This document shows positions 38,123 through 48,653 of a stretch of 64,000 bases of DNA, in pieces; positions within the stretch are counted from its first letter, which is position 1; the number at the start of each line of letters is the position of its first letter. Source of the DNA: an uncultured cyanobacterium (lineage in GTDB: Bacteria; Cyanobacteriota; Cyanobacteriia; Cyanobacteriales; CAWCAG01). A program made the position numbers and the translations under genes. The notes under the pieces were generated by a model. That model searched no databases, had not been told where the DNA came from, and worked only from the letters and a program-made list of their open reading frames with translations. Location of the stretch: positions 174,328 to 238,327 of the forward strand of contig CAWDOD010000007.1 of the NCBI GenBank assembly GCA_963803805.1, in the 5' to 3' direction.

Positions 38123-38587
38123 ATGGTTGCTCATTATTATTATTATTGCTGTTCCCTTCCCTTAGAATCTGGTAGTATTATAAAACCGGGAAATTGGGGA
38201 AGAATAATGAAAAAATATACTCCTCACACATCGCCAAACATTTTGACTTTGACAAGAGAGCTAATATTTGAACAAGTAAGGTTTAAATATTTCTCAGGAA
38301 AGCCAAGCCGATTTGAGTCGATTTTTATCTGTCCTGATGAAGATACTATTATTAATTTTAGAAATACTTCTAATAGAGTATTAGATATAATTTACAAAGT
38401 AGAATTGGTTGATAGTGACGAACCCCAGCACAGGGGAGACTATAATAGAGCGGCTGACATTAGATCAGATGATAACTTTAAATCTATAGAAGAAAAAGCA
38501 AAAGATTACTGGCAGGGCAACGATATTTCAAATGTAGAACTAGTTACAACAAGTAGAATAAGAATAGTTGAAATGACAAGAGAATAG
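38123..38587 (+). CDS. DUF2441-like protein (possible ADP-ribosyltransferase fold)
   Basis: RELIFEQVRFKYFSGKPSRFESIFIC resembles DUF2441; AT-rich sequence. Confidence 0.55.
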   Translation: MVAHYYYYCCSLPLESGSIIKPGNWGRIMKKYTPHTSPNILTLTRELIFEQVRFKYFSGKPSRFESIFICPDEDTIINFRNTSNRVLDIIYKVELVDSDEPQHRGDYNRAADIRSDDNFKSIEEKAKDYWQGNDISNVELVTTSRIRIVEMTRE

Positions 38588-38926
38588 TTGGCAATATGAG
38601 GAGCTATCAAAAAACGAATTGCTCAGCCTATTTTTTATTCATGCAGTAGTCGCTTTTTACTTTTAATGCAATTACAACAAGACTATTAAAACAATCTCAA
38701 GATGCGAGTTTGTGGATAGTCATTAAATCTTTGGCGTTGGTCAATAAAGGTATGAAAACAAAAACTTAATGATCTGAAGTATTTGCAATTCAACGGTTTG
38801 GTGATCGCCAGCAAATAACAATCATACTCAAAATTACCAACGCCAAATCTTTTAAGAGCTTCCTGAAAATGATAATGTAAATCTTTCACCCTGAGCAGCA
38901 AACCAAAGACAAGCAAAAATATCTTC

Positions 38927-39057
38927 AGTCATCTTCAAGATGACTACCAACTCCTAGGATGTCCCTAAGAAAAAGTGCAACCCATTCATAAAAACTACCT
39001 CCTAGTCATCTGAAGATGACTTTTGCTATGAGGCGGCAAATTCATTTGTAGGCGGTA
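38927..39057. repeat. Palindromic MITE/REP-like element, copy 2
   Basis: AGTCATCTTCAAGATGACT (38927) and AGTCATCTGAAGATGACT (39004); spacer and GGCGGTAT end homologous to 23101-23232. Confidence 0.7.
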
Positions 39058-39087
39058 TTTTAATAATAGAATTCCAAAATAATTGTT

Positions 39088-39220
39088 TATAGCAGTTCTC
39101 AAATTCATGAGGTACATTTGGTCTATTTCCATATTTCTACCAACCACTAGCTACTAGTCACTAGCAAAAGCGCAAAAACCAGAATCTATGCTGTACCTCA
39201 CAAGTCTTAGAATTGCCATA
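39088..39220. repeat. Small MITE-like element with imperfect 29-bp terminal inverted repeats
   Basis: TATAGCAGTTCTCAAATTCATGAGGTACA versus TGTACCTCACAAGTCTTAGAATTGCCATA (22/29 complementary by hand count); internal CACTAG heptamers. Confidence 0.6.
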
Positions 39221-39235
39221 TACCTAATTAATATA

Positions 39236-41377
39236 TTATCCCTTCTCTTCCTTCTTTAAACGTCGCCACCAAGCCCTAACTAAACTAATTTCCTCATAAC
39301 TATAAAAATCCCCGATCGCCTCGCGAATCGCTTTCAAAGAATCTGCTCCCACTTTTTCAATCCCTACCATAATTACCTCTTGCTTCTCCTTCACCACCAA
39401 ACGCTGCAAATCCACAGGCTGATTTAACTCAATTAACTCACATAAATGGTTAACAATTGTCCGGGGGGTAAAACCTCTTTTTTTCGCTATTTCTTCCACC
39501 TCTAAACCCTGTTGAAATAAACCTAATGTATTCATTTGTGTATCAGTAGGCAGGGCTTCCGGGGGTTGCTGTTCCTGACAAAAGGCGCGAATCTCTGAGA
39601 CAAAGCGATCGCCATATTGCTTTAGCTTGTAATCCCCCACACCAGAAATCTTGCCAAACTCCGGTAAGGATTGGGGTTGCTTTTGCGCCATTAATTTTAA
39701 AGTAGAATCCCCAAAAACCACATAGGGAGGAATACCTTGATGATCGGCAATTTGTTTCCTTAATCGACGCAAGCGCCCAAATAGCAACTCCGCTTCCATT
39801 GTGCTGGGATTAGCATCTGTAAGCTCCTTGGAGGCTGGTTTTTTGGTGATGGCAATGTTTACCTGGCGTTGACTCCGCAACACCTCCCAACTACGCTTAT
39901 TTAACTTGAGGATGCGATAACCGTCGGTGGTTTGGTTAACTAAGCCTTGATGGAGAAGCGATCGCGCTAACATTTTCCAAGCATCAGCCGTCTTATCTTT
40001 ACCAATACCGTAGGTAGAAAGGAGGTGATGTCCGTATTGCTGCACCTTTTGTTTTTTGGAACCCCGCAACACATCAATAATGTGGTTTGTACCAAACTTT
40101 TCTCGACACCGGGCTACACAGGAAAGAAATTTTTGTGCTTCAGTCGTCCAATTTTCAATAGGTTTGGGGTTGCGACAGTTATCGCAGTTGCCACAATCGC
40201 CTTTGAACCTTTCTCCAAAATAACCTAAAACAATCGTGCGGCGACAGTCTGTACCTTCAGCATAATCAATAATCTGACTTAGTTGTTGTCGCGACACCCT
40301 CTGTTCATTGGGGTCTGGTTTTTGAGCAATCAGATAATCTATTCTGGGAATATCTCCAGGGCTGTAGAAAAAGAGACAATCTGCTGGTTCACCATCCCTA
40401 CCTGCCCTGCCGGATTCTTGATAATAACCCTCTAAATTTCTGGGTAGATCGTAGTGGATGACAAAGCGCACATCTGGTTTGTCAATACCCATACCAAAGG
40501 CGATGGTTGCCACCATAATTCTCACATCGTCCCGAATAAAGCGGGTTTGGTTGCTTGCGCGAGCCTCAGATTGCATTCCTGCATGGTAGGGCAGGGCTTC
40601 AATACCATCACTTTGTAAACGGTTAGCTGTTTCTTCTACTTGACGACGACTGAGACAATAAATTATTCCTGAACCTTGGCGACTTTGCACTGCTTTTAAT
40701 AACTGCCCATAGCTATTGCGCTGTTTCGGTTGTACTTCATAATAAAGGTTAGGACGATCAAAACTAGCAAGATGGATGCTAGGTTCTTTTAAGCCAAGTT
40801 GCTGGACAATATCTTCTTTTACTCGCTTTGTTGCTGTGGCGGTGAGGGCAATAACAGGAATTTTGGGGTAACGCTTTCTCAAAAGCCGAAGCTGGCGGTA
40901 TTCTGGCCGAAAATCATGACCCCATTCGGAAACGCAATGAGCTTCATCAATGGCAAATGCAGAGATACCTAATTGCATAGATACTAAATCCAAAAAAGGC
41001 AGAAACCTCTCCCCCAATAACCTTTCCGGGGCAACATAAAGTAACTTGATCTTCCCTGCCAAAATTTCCTGTTCTCGCTCTCGTATTTCCCTACTGCTTA
41101 AACTACTATTAAGGAAAGTTGCTCCAATGCCGTTGTCATACAAGGTATCTACTTGGTCTTGCATCAAAGCAATTAGGGGAGAAACCACCACACTTAAACC
41201 AGGTTTCAACAAGGCTGGTAACTGGAAACAAAGAGACTTCCCCCCCCCTGTGGGCATAATCACCAGTAAATCTCGATCTTGCAGTGCTTCTAGGACAATT
41301 TGACGCTGCCCTGGACGAAAATTCTCGTAACCGAAGTAATGTTTGAGGTCTTGCTCCAGAGATTGCAACTGGTACAT
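39236..41377 (-). CDS. recQ: ATP-dependent DNA helicase RecQ
   Basis: [43 protein letters not shown] and HRDC regions. Confidence 0.97.
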   Translation of the reverse strand: MYQLQSLEQDLKHYFGYENFRPGQRQIVLEALQDRDLLVIMPTGGGKSLCFQLPALLKPGLSVVVSPLIALMQDQVDTLYDNGIGATFLNSSLSSREIREREQEILAGKIKLLYVAPERLLGERFLPFLDLVSMQLGISAFAIDEAHCVSEWGHDFRPEYRQLRLLRKRYPKIPVIALTATATKRVKEDIVQQLGLKEPSIHLASFDRPNLYYEVQPKQRNSYGQLLKAVQSRQGSGIIYCLSRRQVEETANRLQSDGIEALPYHAGMQSEARASNQTRFIRDDVRIMVATIAFGMGIDKPDVRFVIHYDLPRNLEGYYQESGRAGRDGEPADCLFFYSPGDIPRIDYLIAQKPDPNEQRVSRQQLSQIIDYAEGTDCRRTIVLGYFGERFKGDCGNCDNCRNPKPIENWTTEAQKFLSCVARCREKFGTNHIIDVLRGSKKQKVQQYGHHLLSTYGIGKDKTADAWKMLARSLLHQGLVNQTTDGYRILKLNKRSWEVLRSQRQVNIAITKKPASKELTDANPSTMEAELLFGRLRRLRKQIADHQGIPPYVVFGDSTLKLMAQKQPQSLPEFGKISGVGDYKLKQYGDRFVSEIRAFCQEQQPPEALPTDTQMNTLGLFQQGLEVEEIAKKRGFTPRTIVNHLCELIELNQPVDLQRLVVKEKQEVIMVGIEKVGADSLKAIREAIGDFYSYEEISLVRAWWRRLKKEEKG

Positions 41378-41584
41378 AGGAGATTTTTGCTCTGATGACT
41401 GGAGTTATTCTACCAAATTAAGACCTTGCTATTTAATTGTTATTATCTTGACCTCCTCCCACCGCCAAGCCCTCTATTCTTGGGGCTATGGTGGGGTTCA
41501 CCTGCACGAAGATAGATAAAATTTTCTTCTTCTTTTTAATTTCAAGTGTCATTTTTCCCTATCATTTTCAGTACAGCTTGAGAA

Positions 41585-43258
41585 TCAAATCTGTGAAAAA
41601 CTGTAGATAGTTTGGGTTTCCAAATTGCCAAATAATTGGGAAGGTTTACTGGTTAAAGAAAAATGCTGTCTGTCTAACTTAATTTGTAAACTTGTCATCG
41701 GATCACAACTGGGGGCGATTAAAAACTCTAAACGTTTAATACTAGGCCAAGTAACGAGATGATCAAGTATTTGGGCGATCGCCTCCAAGTAAGGATGATT
41801 TTTATCTTGATACCAATTACTATCAGCTAGTTGAGGTTGATCAAAACCGAGATGAACAGTTAAATTTGGTTGGCTAAACAGGGCTAAAGCTACGGGTCTA
41901 GCTTCTTCTTGCAATAAGAGGTTATGGCATTGAGCTAAATAACGTAATTTCTCTAAACGTTCATAGCCTGCTGTAATAGGTAACATTTCATCTTGCCAGT
42001 CAAGGGCTACGGTGACTAAATAAGTTTGTAATAGTAAATGTCCCAGCTTGCTAGCTTTGGTAGCTAAGTAGGTAGAATTATAATCAGTAGACTCGATCAA
42101 TAAAGGAACCCTATCGACAACTTCCAAACCATAACCTTTCAACCCCGCTATCTTACGAGGATTATTGGTAATCAAACGAATTTGCTTAACCCCCAAATCA
42201 TTAAGAATTTGCGCCCCCATACCATAGTCTCGTAAGTCAGCAGGAAAACCCAAACGTTCATTAGCTTCTACGGTATCTAAACCCAAATCTTGTAAGGAGT
42301 AGGCTTTCAATTTGTTGATTAAGCCAATGCCTCGCCCTTCTTGACGCAAGTAAACTACCACCCCCACCCCCGCAGCTTCAATCATTTTCAAAGCAGATTG
42401 TAGTTGCCCCCGACAATCACAACGCAGGGAACCTAAAGCATCTCCGGTTAGGCATTCTGAGTGCATTCGCACCATAATGGGATAGTCTTTAAACTGCACT
42501 GGATTACCCTTGACAATAGCCACGTGTTCTGTATCATCCAGGGCATTATGATAGGCGTAAATTTGGAAATCACCAAAGAGAGTAGGGAGTTTAGTAACGG
42601 TTTCCCGAAAGACAAAGCGATCATGTTTTAAGCGGTAGCTAATTAAATCCGCAATGCTAATTAGTTTTAAATGATGTTTTTGGGCATATTCTTTTAACTC
42701 TGGCAACCTCGCCATAGACCCATTAGGATTCTGGATTTCGCAAATCACCCCCGCAGGATATAACCCAGCTAACCTGGCTAAATCAACTCCAGCTTCTGTA
42801 TGTCCTGCCCTTTTCAACACCCCACCTTTACGGGCGCGGAGGGGAAAGATATGGCCAGGACGGCGTAAATCTTCAGAACGAGTAGCCGGGTTAATAGCGA
42901 TTTGAATAGTTTTGGCCCGATCTTCGGCGGAAATACCTGTAGTTACTCCTAAGTTAGGGGCCGCATCAATACTAACAGTAAAAGCAGTTTGATTACTATC
43001 AGTATTTTTATTCACCATCAAAGGTAAATCTAGTTCATCAAGGCGATCCCCTGTCATAGCCAAGCAAATTAAGCCCCTGGCTTCCACAGCCATAAAATTG
43101 ATGTTATCAGGGGTAGCAAATTGGGCGGCACAAATTAAGTCCCCTTCGTTTTCCCGATTTTCATCATCTACTACCACAACAGAAAGCCCAGCTTTGATAT
43201 CTGCTAGGGCAGAGTCAATAGAGTCAAATTTAAAAGAGTTATTTTGAGGCGATTCCAC
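41585..43258 (-). CDS. ribBA: Bifunctional DHBP synthase / GTP cyclohydrolase II
   Basis: VVDDENRENEGDL, RAGHTEA, RMHSECLTGD..GSLRCDC, QEGRGIGL, TNNPRK; extra C-terminal domain. Confidence 0.97.
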   Translation of the reverse strand: MESPQNNSFKFDSIDSALADIKAGLSVVVVDDENRENEGDLICAAQFATPDNINFMAVEARGLICLAMTGDRLDELDLPLMVNKNTDSNQTAFTVSIDAAPNLGVTTGISAEDRAKTIQIAINPATRSEDLRRPGHIFPLRARKGGVLKRAGHTEAGVDLARLAGLYPAGVICEIQNPNGSMARLPELKEYAQKHHLKLISIADLISYRLKHDRFVFRETVTKLPTLFGDFQIYAYHNALDDTEHVAIVKGNPVQFKDYPIMVRMHSECLTGDALGSLRCDCRGQLQSALKMIEAAGVGVVVYLRQEGRGIGLINKLKAYSLQDLGLDTVEANERLGFPADLRDYGMGAQILNDLGVKQIRLITNNPRKIAGLKGYGLEVVDRVPLLIESTDYNSTYLATKASKLGHLLLQTYLVTVALDWQDEMLPITAGYERLEKLRYLAQCHNLLLQEEARPVALALFSQPNLTVHLGFDQPQLADSNWYQDKNHPYLEAIAQILDHLVTWPSIKRLEFLIAPSCDPMTSLQIKLDRQHFSLTSKPSQLFGNLETQTIYSFSQI

Positions 43259-43544
43259 TAGATAAAAATAAAATAAGGGGAAGTAGGGGGGGAGTAGAAA
43301 CAGAAAGTGAACGGTAATAGCATGGAGTCATGCAATAAGGTTCATTTATCATTTTATCTTCTCAAACCTAGGATTATCTGAAACAAACTAATTAATTTCT
43401 CTCTTCCCTTCTCTGGTGCTTCCTACTCCCCACTCCCTACTTTTGAAAATTAAATACTCAAAAAGGCAGTTTTGGTACTAAAATGCAGCAGAGCAAGAGA
43501 TTTAAGAGTAATAGCAGATCAAAGAGTACCTAGGGGTTAAGCTT

Positions 43545-44603
43545 ATGGTTGATTCAGAACGCCTGTCAGTAGGAATTGTCGGCGCTTCCGGTTATGGTGG
43601 CGTACAGCTTGTCCGACTCCTTAGCGATCATCCTCAAGTTGAGATTGTTTATTTAGGGGGAGATAGTAGCGCCGGCAAGTCTTTTGGTGATATTTATCCC
43701 CATTTAGAACATTGCTTTGATAAAACTATTGAAGCGGTTAACTTAGATGAAATAGCTTCCCGTTGTCAGGCAGTTTTCCTGGGTTTGCCTAATGGGCTAG
43801 CCTGCGATATCGCCCCGACGTTATTGGCCAAAGGTTGTCGCGTTTTGGATCTTTCAGCCGATTATCGCTTTGATAACTTAGATACTTATAGTGCTTGGTA
43901 TAAAAAAGAGCGCAGTGATTATGAAACGGCGGGTAAGGCGGTTTATGGCTTGCCGGAATTATACCGGGATAAGATTCGTGGGGCGCAGTTAATTGGTTGT
44001 CCTGGTTGCTATCCTACCGCCAGTTTGCTTGCTCTTTCCCCTTTGTTGAAACAGGGTTTGATTTTGCCAGAAACAGCTATTATTGACGCTAAATCCGGGA
44101 CTTCTGGGGGAGGAAGACAGAAGAAAATCAACTTACTCTTAGCCGAGGCAGATAATTCTTTTGGGGCTTATGGAGTAGCCGGACACCGCCATACTCCTGA
44201 AATTGAAAGAATTTGTAGTGATTTAGCAGGGCATGAGGTTAGGGTACAATTTACTCCTCACCTGATTCCGATGGTACGAGGTATTCTTTCTACGGTATAT
44301 GCCAATTTGCGAGATCCTGGATTAGTGCGAGATGACCTATTAACTATTTACAAGGCTTTTTATCGTAATTCTAACTGTGTCAAGGTTTTACCTAATGGAG
44401 TTTATCCCCAAACTAAATGGGCTTATGGGACAAACCTTTGTTATATCGGTGTAGAAGTAGATCCTCGCACAGATAGGGTGATTGTCATGTCAGCTATTGA
44501 TAATTTAATCAAGGGTCAAGCAGGGCAGGCAGTGCAATGTCTGAATTTAATGATGGGTTGGGATGAGATGTTGGGGCTACCTAAGTTGGCTTTTTACCCT
44601 TGA
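43545..44603 (+). CDS. argC: N-acetyl-gamma-glutamyl-phosphate reductase
   Basis: [42 protein letters not shown]. Confidence 0.97.
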   Translation: MVDSERLSVGIVGASGYGGVQLVRLLSDHPQVEIVYLGGDSSAGKSFGDIYPHLEHCFDKTIEAVNLDEIASRCQAVFLGLPNGLACDIAPTLLAKGCRVLDLSADYRFDNLDTYSAWYKKERSDYETAGKAVYGLPELYRDKIRGAQLIGCPGCYPTASLLALSPLLKQGLILPETAIIDAKSGTSGGGRQKKINLLLAEADNSFGAYGVAGHRHTPEIERICSDLAGHEVRVQFTPHLIPMVRGILSTVYANLRDPGLVRDDLLTIYKAFYRNSNCVKVLPNGVYPQTKWAYGTNLCYIGVEVDPRTDRVIVMSAIDNLIKGQAGQAVQCLNLMMGWDEMLGLPKLAFYP

Positions 44604-44629
44604 TTTTGTTAATAGCTAGCTGCTAGCAA

Positions 44630-45504
44630 TTAGCGACTTTCCACCACCTGTAAACGTTGAGAAACAATAGTCATACCGTCGCTGCGAATTAAGATGGCAG
44701 AAATCCAGCGACTACCTGTTTCTAAAGGGGCCCTACCTACTTTATAAATGCCTCCGCAGGTAGTAAATCTAACTCAAACTGACTAGGATCAGTGTAGCGT
44801 TGTGGATTTACTCCTTCATCTAAAGCGATGCCTAAAAGGATGTCATCTCCTAAAGGTTCAGTGACAACAGCATCAAAGAAAAATTGCCGCCCTGCCCTGA
44901 CTGTTTGGGGTAAATTAATCTCAACTTGGGGAGGGTTATTTCCGGAGGTTAAAACAGTTTTCTCTTCTAAAACATCTTGACGGACAATTTGATTATTTTC
45001 CCAATATTGCCGCGATCGCAAAGTTGCTTCTAAGTTGGTGGTTTTTCCCTGAACAGCTTGAATACCGTTGATATATGTAGTTGTTTCGACCACGATTTGA
45101 TTGTTCTGCTGTTCCCAGGAATTAAGTTCTGTACGGTAACTTAGTTGGGGATAGCGTGTCCATAATTCATTGATCCCCGCCATCAGATCAGCGCGATTTA
45201 AACCATCAGAATTGACAAAATTAGGGCTGTAAAACTGTTCTACTTGTTCAGCATTTTTAGTATTAGCCGACATTTCCATTGTGGCAAGAAGTTCTTTAAC
45301 TTCTTGAGGGGCGCTTTCTGGGCTATCGGCCCGGACAACCTCTGCTAAAGTTACGATTAAGCTTAAACTTAAGAGTAGAGAAAAAGACCAATTTAAGGGT
45401 GCAAAACGAAGTTTAGCTTTGCGTTGGCTTAATTTTTGTAGAGAATGGCTAGCAAAAGGTATTTGGGACATCAATGATAGTTGGGATAATAGAACAATGG
45501 TCAT
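44630..45504 (-). pseudogene. Conserved cyanobacterial NTF2/SnoaL-like exported protein with a 3' frameshift at about 44754 (real or assembly indel)
   Basis: FYSPNFVNSDGL motif. Adding one base at CC 44754-44755 gives the natural ending LPAGGIYKVGRAPLETGSRWISAILIRSDGMTIVSQRLQVVESR*. Confidence 0.7.
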
Positions 45505-45544
45505 TGGTCGTTTATGTAGAGTTGAATTTTAACAGATAAAGCTT

Positions 45545-46630
45545 GTGTCTAAAGCACCGATTCGATTATTAATAGCTGCTAGTGGTACGGGTGGGCATTT
45601 ATTCCCCGCCGTGGCTGTGGCAGAACAGTTGAGAGATTACAAAATTGAGTGGCTTGGAGTACCAGATCGTTTGGAAACAACTTTAGTTCCTAAACAATAT
45701 CCTCTCCATACTATAGCTGTTACAGGTTTTCAAAAGGGGCTGAGTTTGAGTAGTTTGGGTATTTTCCAGAAACTGGCTTTTTCAGTTTTGGAGGTACGAC
45801 GTTTATTAAAAACACGCCAATTTGATGCTGTTTTTACTACCGGAGGTTATATTGCCGGACCAACAATTATGGCAGCCCGTTTAGCCGGTGTACCAGTTAT
45901 TCTCCACGAATCCAATGCTATCCCTGGTAAAGTGACTCGTTTGTTTGGCCCTTTTTGCGATCGCGTGGCTTTGGGTTTTGCGGATGCTGCTTCTTTTTTA
46001 AGTCGTTCTCGCACAGTTTGGGTAAGCACCCCGGTTAGGGAAAATTTTCATACCCATCAAGAATTAGATTTACCAATTCCTAAATCTATTCCTGTGATTG
46101 TGGTGGTGGGAGGTTCCCAAGGGGCCGTAGCCCTTAATCAAATGGTACGCCAATGCGCTCCTATTTGGTTCAAAACTGGGGCAATGGTAGTTCACCTCAC
46201 CGGAAAACAAGACCCCGATGCCGATAGTTTACAGCATCCTCAATATCTTGCTTTACCTTTTTATGACAACATGGCAGCCCTGTTACAAAGGGCTGATTTA
46301 GCCATTAGTCGCGCTGGGGCAGGAACTTTAACGGAGTTAGCGGTGACTAAGACACCAGCTATTTTAGTTCCTTATCCCTATGCAGCAGAAGACCACCAAG
46401 CTTATAATGCTAAGGTGTTTGCTAAAGCTGAGGCAGCTTATGTTTATGATCAAGCTACTTTAACCCCCCAGAAGTTGGCAGATCGGGTATTAAGCTTGCT
46501 AGAGTCCCCGGAAAAGTTAGAGGAGATGGGACGAAAAGCAGAAACTTTGGCTGTGAAAGATAGTGCGGAGAAGTTGGCTTATTTGTTGCGTTCTGTGGTT
46601 AAGGAGAAAAGGGAAAAGGTTAAGGGGTAA
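45545..46630 (+). CDS. murG: Undecaprenyl-PP-MurNAc-pentapeptide GlcNAc transferase
   Basis: SGTGGHLFPA, TGGYIAGP, HESNAIPG, GGSQGA, RAGAGT, PYPYAAEDHQ..NA. Confidence 0.97.
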   Translation: MSKAPIRLLIAASGTGGHLFPAVAVAEQLRDYKIEWLGVPDRLETTLVPKQYPLHTIAVTGFQKGLSLSSLGIFQKLAFSVLEVRRLLKTRQFDAVFTTGGYIAGPTIMAARLAGVPVILHESNAIPGKVTRLFGPFCDRVALGFADAASFLSRSRTVWVSTPVRENFHTHQELDLPIPKSIPVIVVVGGSQGAVALNQMVRQCAPIWFKTGAMVVHLTGKQDPDADSLQHPQYLALPFYDNMAALLQRADLAISRAGAGTLTELAVTKTPAILVPYPYAAEDHQAYNAKVFAKAEAAYVYDQATLTPQKLADRVLSLLESPEKLEEMGRKAETLAVKDSAEKLAYLLRSVVKEKREKVKG

Positions 46631-46776
46631 AGGGCAACTAGTAGTCTGTCAATTGGAAATTTAAGGATTAGGGGTCAGTAATCCTTGTAACCCCAAAATT
46701 ATAGGCTGACACACTACTAGCAACTAGCGATTAACAAATGGAACAATTCCCTAGCTGCAAATATCTATGTTAACAG

Positions 46777-47826
46777 ATGGTTGATATACAGATATTGATG
46801 GTGAATACTCTTACTATGCACCGATTACAAAAGCGATATAAAAGACTGCTTTTGTTTTTTCCTAAGCTAGTTTTTCCTTTCGCTGTGTTAGCTTCTTTGG
46901 GGCTTCATGGTGCGGTTTTGATGTTGCCCTTAGAAGAGAAGCCAGAGGAAGAAGTTGTTGAAGAAGAGTTAATTGAAGATGTTCCCATTGCAATTTTCGA
47001 TGCTCCTTCTGATGCAGAAACTAAACCTAATAATAAAGAAATACCATTGCCAGCTTTTCCTTCTCCTCCTCGCAAAACGGTTTCTCCTGTTCAGCCTACA
47101 CCAGTTAAGGAAGAAGTTGTTACTGAACCAACTGAGGTTGAAACAGTTCCTGATTTAGATAAAAAAGACGATTCATCTACAAATAAGTCTAATTCCAAAG
47201 CCCCAATTAGTTCAGATTCAGAAGAGGATAATGGAAATGAATCTGATGACGATGGGGGAGATAGTGGTAAAAAACAAGTAGATAAAGAGGCTAAGACAAA
47301 AGCAGAACAATTTGTAAATAACTTTGCTCCTACTGATTCTACAGGAGTAGAAAAACCATATTTTTTTGAAGCATATATTAGATCTAAAATAGACCCTTTG
47401 AAACAATCAAAGAAAGAGAAGGAAAAGTCAAAAGAGCATATACAAGAATTAGAAAATCAGATACGAGAATTAGAAAATCAGATACGAGAATTAGAAAATC
47501 AGATACGAGAATTAGAAAATCAGATAAAATTATTTTTCCCTCTCTTTGATAAAGATATGACGGAGAAAAATTGGTTTGAAGATCGAGAAGCAAGTATCAT
47601 TAACATAGGATTAGTTCCTGAAAAAACTCTAAAAGAAGTATTTGAAAAAGAGATAGCTCCTCAACTAAAAGCTAACGGTTCTACTTATGAAAAAAAGGAT
47701 GAAGGATATGCAGGAGGCGATCTGTATCAAATAAAAGATACTGATTATTATATTGTTGTAGTTCAACTAAAAGGTCCTGGTAAATTAGTTCTTTGGGCAT
47801 ATTTAGACAAATCTTCTCTAGAATAA
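46777..47826 (+). CDS. Hypothetical membrane-anchored protein with Pro/acidic linker and heptad repeat
   Basis: TM helix with ASLGLHG; Pro/Glu-rich linker; (ELENQIR)n repeat. Confidence 0.65.
   Translation: MVDIQILMVNTLTMHRLQKRYKRLLLFFPKLVFPFAVLASLGLHGAVLMLPLEEKPEEEVVEEELIEDVPIAIFDAPSDAETKPNNKEIPLPAFPSPPRKTVSPVQPTPVKEEVVTEPTEVETVPDLDKKDDSSTNKSNSKAPISSDSEEDNGNESDDDGGDSGKKQVDKEAKTKAEQFVNNFAPTDSTGVEKPYFFEAYIRSKIDPLKQSKKEKEKSKEHIQELENQIRELENQIRELENQIRELENQIKLFFPLFDKDMTEKNWFEDREASIINIGLVPEKTLKEVFEKEIAPQLKANGSTYEKKDEGYAGGDLYQIKDTDYYIVVVQLKGPGKLVLWAYLDKSSLE
47446..47526 (+). repeat. 21-bp coding tandem repeat (about 3.9 copies)
   Basis: GAATTAGAAAATCAGATACGA at 47446, 47467 and 47488, plus a partial copy at 47509. 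Confidence 0.95.
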
Positions 47827-48070
47827 AAGACTAAATATTATTTGGTTTAGGTTGGGTTAGCCGTAAAGATATATAGCAGGAAACACGACAATTTTTGTGT
47901 TGCCGTAACCTAACAAAAAACTACGCATTCAAAAGTTACCAAATATCAACTTATAATCTTTTAAAAGCTTGATTTTTATGATGTGATCGCAAATTAGCAA
48001 CCTTAAAAAGTTAATGGTTTCTCAAGAGAGTTTACTAAAAAACCAGGGATAACGTCGTATTACCAAAATA

Positions 48071-48544
48071 TTAAAAACCAGCGATCGCTCCTAAATTTCC
48101 TTGCACTGCCTTCAAATAATCAACTGGAGAAAGTAAAATCAAGGTTCCACGTACTCCAGCAGAAACAGTTACTTTCTCAAAAACTTCTATGGTTTCATCA
48201 ACATAAACAGGATAATCTTTTTTACTAGCCAAAGCTGTTACTCCGCCGCGAATGTATCCTGTTAAAGATTGTACTTCCTGGAGGGGAACCATTTCTACTT
48301 TGCGATCGCCTATTAATTTTGCTAAGGCTTTGAGGTTAAGGTAGGCATTTCCTGGTATAACAGCAAAATAGATATTATTGGTATTACTACGAACAACTAA
48401 AGTTTTGAATACTTGTTCCGGGGGAAAACCAAGTTTCTGGGCTGTAGTTTCTGCGGCGAGATCTTCAGTATCAACCTCGTAATCAAGAAGTTGATAAGTA
48501 ATACCAAGGTTATCTAATAATCGGACAGCGTTGGTTTTTTTCAT
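48071..48544 (-). CDS. ybaK: Cys-tRNA(Pro) deacylase
   Basis: KKTNAVRLLD, VFKTLV, TGYIRGGVT, VSAGVRG. Confidence 0.92.
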   Translation of the reverse strand: MKKTNAVRLLDNLGITYQLLDYEVDTEDLAAETTAQKLGFPPEQVFKTLVVRSNTNNIYFAVIPGNAYLNLKALAKLIGDRKVEMVPLQEVQSLTGYIRGGVTALASKKDYPVYVDETIEVFEKVTVSAGVRGTLILLSPVDYLKAVQGNLGAIAGF

Positions 48545-48653
48545 AAAATATCAACTCTCTCCACCTAAGTTGAGGTTAGTTTAAAACACATCTTATCTAA
48601 AAACCCAGGAATACTATGATAGATGTTTAATAATAAATAAGAATTGCTATATT

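Noticed and set aside
38686-38916. 76-aa minus ORF with a faint PIN/VapC-like YDCYLLAI segment
   Set aside because: Too short and weak to call by eye; it abuts a MITE and may be a fragment or a spurious ORF.
47446-47526. Possible CRISPR or ncRNA repeat
   Set aside because: Head-to-tail 21-bp coding repeat with no spacers.
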